Assembly: GCA_965208125.1 (NCBI GenBank)
Contig: OZ242320.1
Coordinates: forward strand, 2,944,001-3,008,000
DNA from: Candidatus Latescibacterota bacterium
GTDB lineage: Bacteria; Latescibacterota; UBA2968
Direction: 5' to 3'
DNA length: 64,000 nt
The position numbers were made by a program, and so were the translations under genes. Each line of letters starts with the position of its first letter. Position 1 is the stretch's first letter. Below, piece by piece: positions 20,378 to 30,574 of the stretch. The notes below the pieces were generated by a model. The model was given only the letters and a program-made list of their open reading frames with translations. It was not told the DNA's origin and did not search any database.

Positions 20378-21274
20378 ATGGGAGAGAAACGAATTAACAG
20401 ATGTATCGAGCTTCTCGAGCAGGGCGAGTATCTCTATTATACGGGTGCTGGCCCTCTTACGTATGAGAATGGGAAGAAGCAGGCAAAGACGTGGGCGGAT
20501 TTTTTGATGGTGGATTACGAGCACAGTCCGTTTGATGTGGTTGGTCTTCGCGCGTTTATGCAAGGGCTGGTGGATGGCGGTCCCACAAATTCGGGGCACC
20601 GCACGCCGACGGTGTTTGCGACGTTGCCGTCCAATTGTCGCACTGTGCATGAGGTTCGCGCCAATGCGTGGCAGATCAGGCATGTTTTGAGTTCGGGGGT
20701 TCACGGTATTTTGCATACGCATGCGCGGCAGGCGGATGCAGTGAGGGCGTTTGTCGAGGAGTGCAGGTATCCGTTTCAGACGGCCGGGCTGGATCGCGGA
20801 TTGGTGCAGGGGCAGCGCGGGGCGGGCGGTCAGGGATATGCCGCGAGCATCTGGGGGCTTAAGGGTCCGGAGTACACGCAGGTAGCGGATCCGTGGCCGC
20901 TGAATCCGGATGGGGAGTTGATGTTGGGGCTTAAAATTGAGGACAGGGAGTGCGTTGCGAATGCCGAGTATATATGCAAGGTGCCGGGTCTGGCATTCGC
21001 TGAGTGGGGACCGGGGGATATGGGTATGTCCTATGGTTTTGCCGATGCCCACGATCCGCCGTATCCGCCAATTATGGAGGAGGCTCGAAGTATTGTGAAG
21101 GGTGCGTGCGATGATAATGGGATCCATTTTTTGTGTTCGTGGAAGGATTCTTCAAAGAGTGCGGAGGAAAATATTCGGTTTTTGATGGATTGGGGCGTCA
21201 GGATTCTTTCTGGTGGGGGAGAAGATCAGGCGCGTATTGGTCGCGCAATTTCGGGCAGGAAGATGCCTGTGTGA
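20378..21274 (+). CDS. HpcH/HpaI aldolase family protein
   Basis: DYEH, LSSGVHGI, CRYP, KIED, EWGPGDMGMS. Confidence 0.8.
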   Translation: MGEKRINRCIELLEQGEYLYYTGAGPLTYENGKKQAKTWADFLMVDYEHSPFDVVGLRAFMQGLVDGGPTNSGHRTPTVFATLPSNCRTVHEVRANAWQIRHVLSSGVHGILHTHARQADAVRAFVEECRYPFQTAGLDRGLVQGQRGAGGQGYAASIWGLKGPEYTQVADPWPLNPDGELMLGLKIEDRECVANAEYICKVPGLAFAEWGPGDMGMSYGFADAHDPPYPPIMEEARSIVKGACDDNGIHFLCSWKDSSKSAEENIRFLMDWGVRILSGGGEDQARIGRAISGRKMPV

Positions 21275-21288
21275 GGGAGGAGAGGTCA

Positions 21289-22728
21289 ATGGGAAAGAAG
21301 CCCAATATTCTGTTCATTTTTAGCGATCAACACCGCCACGATGTGCTCGGCTGTGCCGGGCATCCGCTGGTTCAGACGCCGAATCTGGATCGACTAACGG
21401 ATTGGGGGATGCGTTTTGAGCGGGCGTGGACGCAGTGTCCGGTTTGTATGCCTTGCAGGGCCACGATGATTACGGGGCGATATACGCATGAGTTGGGGTT
21501 TACGTCTAATGTTACGGCTGATCGAGGGGATACGGTTGATGATAGTCCTTTTAAGCCCGCATGGCCAACGATTATGAAGCAGTTGCAGGGCGGGGGGTAT
21601 GAGACGGCTTCGATTGGCAAGACGCACTATCACGGCCGGCCCGGTTCTCAGGAGGCGGGAGCGCGCGGGGAGCGTTTCGATACGCGGCAGTTTGGGGATT
21701 TTGTGAAGGGTTTCGGGTGGGATTATGTGATGGAGGAATACGACCGGTATGGACACGTTCAGAGCCATGTGAAAAGCCCGTATATGGATTTTCTCGAGGC
21801 GCGGGGTCTTCTGGAGGCGCATCAGGAACAGATCCGGGGGATTTACAGGCTTACGCCCACGCACTGGCGGGGCGAGACGAGTGTGTTGCCGCAAGAATGC
21901 GAGTTGTCCAGTTTTATTGCCGATCACGCGATGGATTGGCTGCAATCGCGCGATTCTGAAAAGCCGTTTTATCTTCACTTGGGTTTTGTGCAGCCGCATG
22001 TTCCGCTGATGGATGATCCGGTTTGGGCGGCTTATTATGCAGATGCGGATATCGAGTTGCCGGATATGACGATGCCGAGTGCCACGAATGAGGTTTGGGC
22101 AGAAAAGGTCAAACGGCTCAAAGCGCATTCTCAGGTTCAGACTATGACGGATGATTTTGTGCGCGAGGGCATCAGGCATTATCTGGGTGCTGTTTCTCTG
22201 GTCGATCAGAAGATTGGCGAGGTGATTGATACGCTGGATGCGTTGGGGGAATTGGATAATACATGGATTATTTACAGCGCGGATCACGGCGAGATGCTTG
22301 GCGAACACCATTTGTGGGCAAAGCACTGTTTTTACGAGGGCTCGGTGCAGGTTCCGCTGATTGTTAGTCCGCCGGATCGCAAGAGCAGAGGGGTTTGTGA
22401 CGATCTCACGCAGTTGATCGATGTGGTTTCGACAATTGCAGATATTGGGCAGGTTGCACCGCCGGAGGGTGCTCGCGGACAATCACTGTTGCCGATGTTG
22501 GAACGCGGTTCTGGGGGATATGAGTATGTGTTTTCGACGATTGAGGATTGGACCGGGGTGAGGAATGAAGTCTATCGCCTTACGCTGCATGTTCCGACGG
22601 GGACGCCCTGTGAGCTGTACGATCTGGCAAGAGATCCGGGCGAGTTGGATAATTGCGTGGAAGATCCCGCCTATGGGGAGATTGTGGATCAGCTCAAAGC
22701 GGTTGTTTTGGACCATCGAGCGGGTTGA
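21289..22728 (+). CDS. Cys-type (formylglycine-dependent) sulfatase
   Basis: KPNILFIFSDQH, CMPCR (CxPxR), GKTH, PHVP, ADHGEMLGEH, ELYDLARDPGE. Confidence 0.9.
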   Translation: MGKKPNILFIFSDQHRHDVLGCAGHPLVQTPNLDRLTDWGMRFERAWTQCPVCMPCRATMITGRYTHELGFTSNVTADRGDTVDDSPFKPAWPTIMKQLQGGGYETASIGKTHYHGRPGSQEAGARGERFDTRQFGDFVKGFGWDYVMEEYDRYGHVQSHVKSPYMDFLEARGLLEAHQEQIRGIYRLTPTHWRGETSVLPQECELSSFIADHAMDWLQSRDSEKPFYLHLGFVQPHVPLMDDPVWAAYYADADIELPDMTMPSATNEVWAEKVKRLKAHSQVQTMTDDFVREGIRHYLGAVSLVDQKIGEVIDTLDALGELDNTWIIYSADHGEMLGEHHLWAKHCFYEGSVQVPLIVSPPDRKSRGVCDDLTQLIDVVSTIADIGQVAPPEGARGQSLLPMLERGSGGYEYVFSTIEDWTGVRNEVYRLTLHVPTGTPCELYDLARDPGELDNCVEDPAYGEIVDQLKAVVLDHRAG

Positions 22729-22739
22729 GGTCTATACAG

Positions 22740-23996
22740 ATGAGTGACCAGGCAGAGATATTGATTGTTGGCGGTGGGGCAATCGGTGTTTGCTCGGCTT
22801 ATTATTTAAATGCTGCGGGTAGAGATGTCGCGCTGGTTGATAAAGGCGATATTTGTTCGGGGTGTTCGTATGGGAATGGGGGGCTTGTTGTGCCGAGTCA
22901 CAGCATACCTCTGTCCGCTCCAGGAGTGGTGTCTCAGAGTCTGAAGTGGATGTTGAATCCAGAGAGTCCGTTTTATATTAAGACGCGACTGGACTGGGAT
23001 TTGATTTCCTGGTTGTGGTATTTTCGCCGTGCGTGCAATGAGAAGCATGTGGTGAGGGCTACGCCTGTTATTCGGGCGATGAATATGGCGAGTGTGGCGT
23101 TGTTTGAAGAGATGGCATTGCTTGAGGGCATGGATTTTGGGTTTGAGAAGAAGGGGACGATCACGGCGTATAGAACCGAGAGGGGTTTGGCAAAGGCGGT
23201 TAAAGACGCGGGTTTTTTGTCGGAGGTGGGGGTTGAGACGCGGGTTCTCAATGCCGATGAGATGGTGGGATTAAATCCCGGGATTCGGATACGGGCGATT
23301 GGGGGGATATTTTTTCCCGAGGATGCCCATCTCGTGCCGCATCGCTTTGTGTGTGGGCTAGCGCAGTACGTCGGTGAAAAGGGTGTTCGGATTCACAGGG
23401 AGACAGAGGTTCTGGGGTTTGAGATTTCGCGCGGTCGCGTGGTTGCTGTGAAGACGAGTCGGGGTGATTTCCAGGCGGAGCATATCATATTGGCGAGTGG
23501 GTCGTGGTCGCCTATAATTGCCAGGGATCTTCATATCAATCTGCCGATTCAACCTGCCAAGGGGTATAGTATTACTTTTAAGCGACCTGATGTTTGTCCG
23601 ACAACGCCGTTTTCTCTGGGGGAAGCAAAGGTCGGTATTACGCCTATGGGGGATATGCTGCGGTTTGCGGGTACGCTCGAATTGGCAGGTCTCGATTTTT
23701 CGATTAACGAGCGGCGCGTGCAGGCTATTCTCAAGGCTGTGCCCGAGTATTTTCCCGATTTGAATCCCGATTATCTCGAGAGGATAGAAATCTGGTGCGG
23801 TTTGCGGCCCTGTACGCCGGATGGGGTGCCATTTCTCGGTCGCGCTCCCGGGGTTGAGAATGTGATCGTGGCTGCTGGTCATGCGATGATTGGCATTTCT
23901 CTGGGGCCTGTTACCGGGAAGTTGGTGGCGGAACTGGTTTCCGATGAGATACCATCTGTTGATCTGTCATTATTAGAAGTGGATCGGTTTGGGTAG
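22740..23996 (+). CDS. FAD-dependent D-amino acid dehydrogenase (DadA-like)
   Basis: GGGAIG Rossmann motif, CSYGNGG, PAKGYS, WCGLRPCTPDG, GHAMIGISLGPVTG. Confidence 0.88.
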   Translation: MSDQAEILIVGGGAIGVCSAYYLNAAGRDVALVDKGDICSGCSYGNGGLVVPSHSIPLSAPGVVSQSLKWMLNPESPFYIKTRLDWDLISWLWYFRRACNEKHVVRATPVIRAMNMASVALFEEMALLEGMDFGFEKKGTITAYRTERGLAKAVKDAGFLSEVGVETRVLNADEMVGLNPGIRIRAIGGIFFPEDAHLVPHRFVCGLAQYVGEKGVRIHRETEVLGFEISRGRVVAVKTSRGDFQAEHIILASGSWSPIIARDLHINLPIQPAKGYSITFKRPDVCPTTPFSLGEAKVGITPMGDMLRFAGTLELAGLDFSINERRVQAILKAVPEYFPDLNPDYLERIEIWCGLRPCTPDGVPFLGRAPGVENVIVAAGHAMIGISLGPVTGKLVAELVSDEIPSVDLSLLEVDRFG

Positions 23997-24006
23997 TTGG
24001 GAAAAG

Positions 24007-24055
24007 TCGGGAAAAGGATTTCCCTCCTACTGTTGGAGTGGCATCCTTGCCGCGA
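24007..24055. repeat. Divergent pair of 24-nt GTAG-type REP-like palindromes
   Basis: Minus copy GTAGGAGGGAAATCCTTTTCCCGA (24007-24030) and plus copy GTTGGAGTGGCATCCTTGCCGCGA (24032-24055) share GT.GGAG.G..ATCCTT..C.CGA. Confidence 0.55.
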
Positions 24056-24105
24056 TTACTTGGCTCTTGCCATGAAACCATAAGACCTAAATAGAGAGGT
24101 GAAAT

Positions 24106-25875
24106 ATGGTGAAGATGTTGCTGAGGGATGTTGCGATGTCCGATCTGGCGGAGATTTACGAGCGAAATGCAGATCGGACACCCGCGCCGTATCTCAAAGA
24201 TGCAGAGGCGGTGGATCGGGCGAGGGGATTGGCGAAGAAGAATGGGATGTGGGATGATTTGAGCGAGAATCTGGATGGAAGTCGAGAGATTCCCGTGTTG
24301 AAGCGGTCGGCTTTTCGCAATTATCAGCGGGTTGGAGATCGCAATTTGCCACAGGCTGTGGCGGGCAATCGCAGACGCGAGTTGGAGTGGGCAGCGATGG
24401 CTTTGTGGCTGGGACATCCCAATGCCGATGTGGATTATTTGCAGGATTTGCTCTGGGCGTATTGCGACGATCATACATGGGTGATGGCCGCGCACGAAGG
24501 TCGGGCTATTGATCTGGGGTCGGCTGCATTGGGGGCTGCGTTTGCAGAAATTTTGCATGTTCTGGATGATCAACTGGAAGAAGAAGTGGTAGAGCGCGTT
24601 TCGCGAAAGATTGAGGCGCATATTTTTGAGCCGTTCTGGAATTATAGACATCTGGATTTTTGGAAGACCGTGCGGATGAATTGGAATCACGTTTGCAATG
24701 GCGAGATTATCCGCGCCGCGCTTTATCAGATTGAGGATCCCGTGGTGCTGGCTCATATGACCCACGCGGCGATTATAAATTTGACGTATGCGCTGGATGG
24801 GTTTACGGATGATGGCGGGTGCGAAGAGGGGCCGGGGTATTGGGAATATGGCTTTGGGCATTTTTTGTACGTTGCCTATGCGCTGTATTTGAAGACCAAT
24901 GGGGAATTGAATTTGATGGTGGATGAGACTGGCAAAATCCAGCGGATATGCGAGTACCCGCTCGCCGCGCATATTCAGGGTGCGTTGCGCTCGACGTTTG
25001 CGGATTCGAGCCACGGATATACGGGGGCGCGGTCTGCTATGATTGTCAATGCGTTTTTTGATATGCCAGAATTGTACGCGCTGTGCGATAAGCATTCGGA
25101 TAATACGTTGAAGGTGCGGGATATGCACAGCCTGGCGATGTATTCCGGGTTTGAGGTGGAGGCAGAGGCGGATGATCGGGATTGTGTTTTGCCCGATTTG
25201 GGACAGGCGAAGTTGCGGGGGACGCCCGGGAAAGAGCAGTTGACCCTGATGTGTCTGGCGGGGAATAATGGGGTGCCGCACAATCACAATGATATCGGCA
25301 GTTTTATTGTGCATCGGGGGGATGCGCTCTGGTTGACGGATCCCGGAGGTCCTGTTTATAGCCAGAAGACCTTTGGTCCCGATCGCTACGATATTCTGTT
25401 TTGCAATGCGCTGGGTCATTCTGTGCCCGTGATCAATGGGCAGTTGCAGCAGCCCGGCGGGGAGTATTTTGGTACGCTGGAGGTGGAAAATTTGAATGGC
25501 GAGGGCGAAAAACGCGCAATAATAGATATGACACATGCGTATCCCGAAGGTACGGTGAAGAGCTTGACGCGTACCTTTGTGCTGGATGCAAATGTTCTGA
25601 CGATGGAAGATCGCTATGTGTTTGACGGTGTGCCGCAGACGCTGGAGGAGGGGTTCATTACTTTTGAGGATGTGCAAGTTGATGGGGGTTCGGTTCAGGT
25701 CGGTCCCAAAGGCGAGGGTATTATACTTTCTGCGGTGGATACACCGGGCGCGTTTTCGGTCAAGCAGTTTGAAGAGGAGTCAAGAGAGGGGCGCACAGAT
25801 GAGGTGGTCACGCGCGTGATTTTTACACCGGAAGAACTATCGCAAGATCTCTGTTTGCGGTTTGCGATGGGGTGA
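24106..25875 (+). CDS. Heparinase II/III-like polysaccharide lyase family protein (no signal peptide)
   Basis: NWNHVCN, DGGCEEGPGYWEYG, FADS, HNHNDIGSF, DPGG..Y, HSVPVING. Confidence 0.82.
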   Translation: MVKMLLRDVAMSDLAEIYERNADRTPAPYLKDAEAVDRARGLAKKNGMWDDLSENLDGSREIPVLKRSAFRNYQRVGDRNLPQAVAGNRRRELEWAAMALWLGHPNADVDYLQDLLWAYCDDHTWVMAAHEGRAIDLGSAALGAAFAEILHVLDDQLEEEVVERVSRKIEAHIFEPFWNYRHLDFWKTVRMNWNHVCNGEIIRAALYQIEDPVVLAHMTHAAIINLTYALDGFTDDGGCEEGPGYWEYGFGHFLYVAYALYLKTNGELNLMVDETGKIQRICEYPLAAHIQGALRSTFADSSHGYTGARSAMIVNAFFDMPELYALCDKHSDNTLKVRDMHSLAMYSGFEVEAEADDRDCVLPDLGQAKLRGTPGKEQLTLMCLAGNNGVPHNHNDIGSFIVHRGDALWLTDPGGPVYSQKTFGPDRYDILFCNALGHSVPVINGQLQQPGGEYFGTLEVENLNGEGEKRAIIDMTHAYPEGTVKSLTRTFVLDANVLTMEDRYVFDGVPQTLEEGFITFEDVQVDGGSVQVGPKGEGIILSAVDTPGAFSVKQFEEESREGRTDEVVTRVIFTPEELSQDLCLRFAMG

Positions 25876-25895
25876 GTTTCTGGGAGGATTCAGTT

Positions 25896-26711
25896 ATGTA
25901 TAGAATTTCCTATGATGGTAGCAATAAGAAGGTGATGTGGCAGGAGATGTGGCGGCATGAATTTGAGGACGCTTTGGAGCGCGATCCCGTGGTGATTGTG
26001 CCGGTGGGTTCTGTAGAGCAGCACGGGCCGCATTGTCCGATGGATGTGGATATTTCGGCGCCGTTCTATATGGCGGTGGCTGTTGCTCAGCGCGTGGATG
26101 ATTTTCCCGTGATTGTCGCGCCGCCGGTGTGGTCGGGGTTTACGCATTATAACATGGGATTTCCCGGTACGATTAATTTGCGTTTGGAGACGTTTCAGAA
26201 TTTGCTGGCGGATATTTTTCGCAGTATTTATGCCAATGGGTTTACGCGGATCATTTCTGTCAATGGACACGGGGGCAATGCCGCGCCCTGTCGCGCTGTT
26301 TCGTGGCAGGTGGCAGAGGAGAATATTTTTACGCTGTCATTTAGCTGGTGGGATATGGTGGATAAGGAGTTGCGGGAGTGGAGTGCGACAAATGAAGGCG
26401 TGGGACACGCCGGTGAGTGGGAGACTGCTGTGCAGCTTCATTTGCGCGAACATCTGGTTGATAAGAGCCGTATTGATAGCGATGTGACGGGGACGAGGCC
26501 ATTTAGCGATGATCTGTCGTTTGCGGAGTTTGCCGAGCGGCGACGCGATACAAAAAAAGATACGGGTATCATGGGCGATGCATTTGCTGCGAGCGCGGAA
26601 AAGGGTGCGCGCATTTTTGAATTGGCCTGTGAACGTCTGGAAAAGCTGGTGCGCGAGTATCACGAGTTGCCCGTGCGCGAATATCGGGAGTTTGGGTCTC
26701 ACTGTCTTTGA
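25896..26711 (+). CDS. Creatininase family amidohydrolase
   Basis: PVGSVEQHGPH, FPGTI, NGHGGN, HAGEWET, ASAEKG. Confidence 0.9.
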   Translation: MYRISYDGSNKKVMWQEMWRHEFEDALERDPVVIVPVGSVEQHGPHCPMDVDISAPFYMAVAVAQRVDDFPVIVAPPVWSGFTHYNMGFPGTINLRLETFQNLLADIFRSIYANGFTRIISVNGHGGNAAPCRAVSWQVAEENIFTLSFSWWDMVDKELREWSATNEGVGHAGEWETAVQLHLREHLVDKSRIDSDVTGTRPFSDDLSFAEFAERRRDTKKDTGIMGDAFAASAEKGARIFELACERLEKLVREYHELPVREYREFGSHCL

Positions 26712-26727
26712 AAGAGGGGGTACGACG

Positions 26728-27675
26728 ATGTCAAAGCTAAGAGTGGGGATTATCGGTGCGGGGGGTCACGCACAGAGCCACTTCAGGATGATCCATGACG
26801 AGCGGGAAATGGCGTTGGTTGCGGTTGCAGACCTGGATCCAGAAAGACTGGCGCACACGCGAGAAACGCACGGCGTGACGTCCCTTTTTACGGATTACCG
26901 GGAGATGATCGAGAAGGTGCAACTGGACGTGGTCTATGTTGTGACCTTTCCGGGGCCACTACCCGACATTGTGATCGACTGTCTGGAGGCCGGACTGCAT
27001 ACCTCGGTAGAGAAGCCGCCGGGGATCAGTTCGGATCAGACCCGACGGATGATGGAGGCCGAACAGCGATCCAGCGCCAGGGCGATTGTCTCGGTGAACC
27101 GGCGGTATATTCCAGAAGTGCTGGCGATTCGGGCCATGCTGCAAGATCGAGGTGGACCCGTTCATGTGGCGGCGACGTACAACAAGCCGCATATTGGGGA
27201 CAAGGTCCGGGATGTCGGGCATCTTATCCGATTGGACGCGATCCACCATGTGGATCTGTTGCGGTGGCTGGCAGGTGACGCCGTCGAGGTTTACTCAGAG
27301 GCATGGTCTGCGCCTTCCCACCCTGCCGAGATGCGCCACAATGCCGTGATCAAGTTCGAAAGTGGCTGCCGGGGCGTGATGATGAGCCACTATGCTGTTG
27401 GATACCGCATTCAGCGGTTTGAAGCGCATGCGGAAGACTTCAGCGCGTACGTGGATCTCACGAGTGGTCCCAGGTGTGAGATCTATGTTGATGGAGGGCC
27501 GTTCGAGGGCGAGCTGGATCTGGAATCGGTCGGTGGTCCCGACTTCAACGAGACCCGGCATTTCGTGGCGTGCATACAAAACGATACACAGCCGTGGAGC
27601 ACGCTTGAGGATGCGATCAAGACGATGAGGTTGTGCGAAGCGATTGAGGCGGGGCATAAAGGTCAATTGGAATGA
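26728..27675 (+). CDS. Gfo/Idh/MocA family oxidoreductase
   Basis: VGIIGAG, EKP, NRRY, DAIHHVDLLRW. Confidence 0.88.
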   Translation: MSKLRVGIIGAGGHAQSHFRMIHDEREMALVAVADLDPERLAHTRETHGVTSLFTDYREMIEKVQLDVVYVVTFPGPLPDIVIDCLEAGLHTSVEKPPGISSDQTRRMMEAEQRSSARAIVSVNRRYIPEVLAIRAMLQDRGGPVHVAATYNKPHIGDKVRDVGHLIRLDAIHHVDLLRWLAGDAVEVYSEAWSAPSHPAEMRHNAVIKFESGCRGVMMSHYAVGYRIQRFEAHAEDFSAYVDLTSGPRCEIYVDGGPFEGELDLESVGGPDFNETRHFVACIQNDTQPWSTLEDAIKTMRLCEAIEAGHKGQLE

Positions 27676-27697
27676 TTTTTGGGGTTTGGATCGCGGT

Positions 27698-28819
27698 ATG
27701 AAGATCGTCGATATAGATACTATTATGATTAATTCTCCCGGCCGCAAGTGGACGATTGTTCGGGTCCATACCGATGAGGAGCTTATGGGTTTGGGTGAGG
27801 CCACGTATTCGAATAAGGAACCCGTGGTCTGTGCGGCGGTTGAGCATATGAAGCAAGAACTCATCGGGTGCGATCCCGCACGGATTGAGTATCTGTGGTA
27901 CTATTTGTTTCGGCAATCTTCTCTCAGTGGTATCTGGCGCATGAGCGGGCCAGTGTGGATGAGCGCGCTGTCGGGTATTGATCAGGCTTTGTGGGATATA
28001 AAGGGCAAGGTGGCGGGTATGCCGGTTGTGGAGTTATTGGGCGGTGTGTTCCGCGATCGGGTCGAGGTGTACACGCATTTTGGCGGGAGTACGCCAGAGG
28101 TGGCCGCGGCGCACGCGCAGCGGCTGGTGGCACGCGGTTTTCGAGCACTTAAAGGCGGTATGGGTAGCGATAGTGATGATCAATTTGATCCGTATGTCGA
28201 GACGGGCGATCCCAAAAAAACAGCCGCCCGTTTTGAGGCGGTGCGCCAGGCAGTGGGTCCCGATGTCAAGCTGTTTATCGATTGTCACGGGCGTTTGACT
28301 GTGTCCGGTTGTATTCGTCTGGCACGAGTATTGGAGCCTTTTGATCTGTACGCGTTTGAAGATCCGGTGCCGCCAGACGATTTGAGCGCTTATCCCAAGG
28401 TGCGACACGCTATTAATATTCCGGTGATGGGGTCGGAGCGGCTCAATACGAGGAGCCAGTTCCGCCAGTTGTTGGATCTGGATGGCATCGATATTGCCCA
28501 GCCGGATTTGATGTATGCTGGGGGGATTACGGAGGTGCGGAAGATCGCCGCGATTGCCGATACGTACCACGTTCCCATTTCGCCGCACAATACCAAGGGT
28601 CCGGTGGGCATTGCCGCGGCAACGCATCTGATGGCGTCTATACCCAATGCCGCGCCTATGGAACTGGTCACGGGTATTGATTGGCGCGATGAGATTATCA
28701 CTGAGCCGCTGAGAATTGAAGCCGGGTATATATTGCTGCCACAGGGACCGGGCTGGGGCGTAGAACTCGATATGGACGGTGTTGAGAAGCACCGCTGGCG
28801 TCCGGGGGATCCACGGTAA
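27698..28819 (+). CDS. Enolase-superfamily acid-sugar dehydratase (galactonate dehydratase-like)
   Basis: SGIDQALWDIKGK, DCHGR, EDP, SER, QPD...GGITE..KIA, PHN, PQGPGWGVELD. Confidence 0.85.
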   Translation: MKIVDIDTIMINSPGRKWTIVRVHTDEELMGLGEATYSNKEPVVCAAVEHMKQELIGCDPARIEYLWYYLFRQSSLSGIWRMSGPVWMSALSGIDQALWDIKGKVAGMPVVELLGGVFRDRVEVYTHFGGSTPEVAAAHAQRLVARGFRALKGGMGSDSDDQFDPYVETGDPKKTAARFEAVRQAVGPDVKLFIDCHGRLTVSGCIRLARVLEPFDLYAFEDPVPPDDLSAYPKVRHAINIPVMGSERLNTRSQFRQLLDLDGIDIAQPDLMYAGGITEVRKIAAIADTYHVPISPHNTKGPVGIAAATHLMASIPNAAPMELVTGIDWRDEIITEPLRIEAGYILLPQGPGWGVELDMDGVEKHRWRPGDPR

Positions 28820-28847
28820 AGATTCCCATTACATAAGGAGATTTTCC

Positions 28848-29759
28848 ATGCGTCACTTTACGCGCACGCCTTACTACAGCGGTCCGGATGATCCGGCTAT
28901 TGGCGAGGTGCGGGGTACTATCGCTCTGGGCGAGACCGTGGTTATTGAGACGATTGGTGGAGCTGACAATGATTTTGAGGCTGCCGGTGAGACCCGCGCT
29001 GGGATGATTACTTCTGGGGAAAGCCACCGCCGCTATGCCCGCCGTGGCGGTCCTTTTCGCATTGAAGGAATTGCGCCCGATGACTGGGTCGCTATTGAGA
29101 TTATCGATATTGAGGTGGGTCCCTACGGTTTTTATCGCAATGGGGGGCCGAACTGGGGCAACTGGCGCTGCGTGGCACCCGTGCGCGATGGGTTGATCCA
29201 CTTTCCGCCGGATTTCGTGGTGCCGGTTCGGCCTATGGTTGGCGTGGTTCAACTGGAACCGTGGGCTGCCCATTCAATTGACCACGGCGGCAATATGGAT
29301 TTTAACGCGGTGCAGCCGGGTAGCACTATACATATCCGTGCTCAAAAGCCTGGGGGATTGCTCTCTTTGGGCGATGTGCATGCGCGGATGGGCGATGGCG
29401 AGTTGACCGGTGCGGGTGTCGAGATTGATGCGGCGGTTACCATAAAGGTGGATCGCTCTCCCGGGTTTCCCAATAGCAGTCCGGTGGTGGAGACGACTAC
29501 GGTGGTAGAGGCTGCTGAGGAGTATCTGTCCAGTGCCCGGGCGACTGAGTGGGGCGAGGCTCTCAGGCTGGCATGGCTGGAGATGGTGGCGTTGATTATC
29601 GATCGCTACGATACCACGTATGAATACGCCAATATGATTGTGGGCACGATTGGCGATGCGCGGCCCGGCTTTGCCACGGGCTATATGGGTAGCTATGTCA
29701 CATGCCAGATTGCTGTGACCAAAGAGTTGCGGCGCACCGGGGTGCGGTATGAGGCGTAG
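28848..29759 (+). CDS. Acetamidase/formamidase family protein
   Basis: GPFRIEG, PMVGV, HGGNMD, GDVHARMGDGE motifs. Confidence 0.85.
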   Translation: MRHFTRTPYYSGPDDPAIGEVRGTIALGETVVIETIGGADNDFEAAGETRAGMITSGESHRRYARRGGPFRIEGIAPDDWVAIEIIDIEVGPYGFYRNGGPNWGNWRCVAPVRDGLIHFPPDFVVPVRPMVGVVQLEPWAAHSIDHGGNMDFNAVQPGSTIHIRAQKPGGLLSLGDVHARMGDGELTGAGVEIDAAVTIKVDRSPGFPNSSPVVETTTVVEAAEEYLSSARATEWGEALRLAWLEMVALIIDRYDTTYEYANMIVGTIGDARPGFATGYMGSYVTCQIAVTKELRRTGVRYEA

Positions 29760-29798
29760 AGGTTGATACTACACACAACATTCACGAAAGGATTTGCT

Positions 29799-30572
29799 AT
29801 GTTTTTGTACGGGATTCGCAATGCGAGTCTGAATATGGATTGGGGGAAAGACGCTTTTGCCACAGCAGGGGATATTGGGTTTGATGGGGTGGAGATTGTG
29901 CTGCGAGAGGAGGACCGGTTGGATTGGCTTTTGAGTGCTGCGGGTCGGGAGGAGGTTGGGAGGTGGGTTCAGGAGACGGGTGCGCAAGCGTGTTCTATTA
30001 GTTTTGCCCTGTTTCGAGAATACAAGGGAAATGAGGAAGATGAGGCTGTGCGCGACCGCGTGGTGGATCTTGTGCAAAAGGCGATTCGCGCATGTAAGGG
30101 GATGGGGGGTGTCGGTATTTTGCTTCCGTATTTCGATGCGGAGAATCTCGATATGTCGAGCGCGCATGCAGAATTGTTGATTGAGGATATGAAGCGATGC
30201 GCCCCTATCGCTGAAGACGAGGGTATTAAGGTTGCTCTGGAGACGAGCTTTTCTCCGGAATTGTTGAGGACGATTTGCGATGGCGTGGGGTCTGAGATGG
30301 TGGGGGTGTATCAAGATACGGCTAATGCGCTGCAATACGGGTACGATTCGGTCGATATGCTCGTTACGTTACCTGAACACACACAATTGATTCATATTAA
30401 AGATACACGGCGTTCAGATCTGGGCGAGGGCGATGTGGATTTTCCCGCGTGTCGAGATGCGATTGCACAGATCGGTTATGAGGGTTGGCTGATTTTTGAA
30501 ACGCCAGGGGGTGCTGATCCCGTGGCATCGGGTAAGAAAAATTTGGCGTTTGCAAAAGAGATGTTTGGGTAG
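29799..30572 (+). CDS. Sugar phosphate isomerase/epimerase (TIM barrel)
   Basis: GFDGVE, ALET, YQDTAN, IHIKD, LGEGDVDF, GYEGWLIFE. Confidence 0.85.
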   Translation: MFLYGIRNASLNMDWGKDAFATAGDIGFDGVEIVLREEDRLDWLLSAAGREEVGRWVQETGAQACSISFALFREYKGNEEDEAVRDRVVDLVQKAIRACKGMGGVGILLPYFDAENLDMSSAHAELLIEDMKRCAPIAEDEGIKVALETSFSPELLRTICDGVGSEMVGVYQDTANALQYGYDSVDMLVTLPEHTQLIHIKDTRRSDLGEGDVDFPACRDAIAQIGYEGWLIFETPGGADPVASGKKNLAFAKEMFG

Positions 30573-30574
30573 GC

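Noticed and set aside
23911-25677. 588-aa minus-strand ORF (also 12320-13405, 13356-14288, 14579-15790, 21394-22482)
   Set aside because: Antisense shadows of well-supported plus-strand genes, with no recognisable motifs
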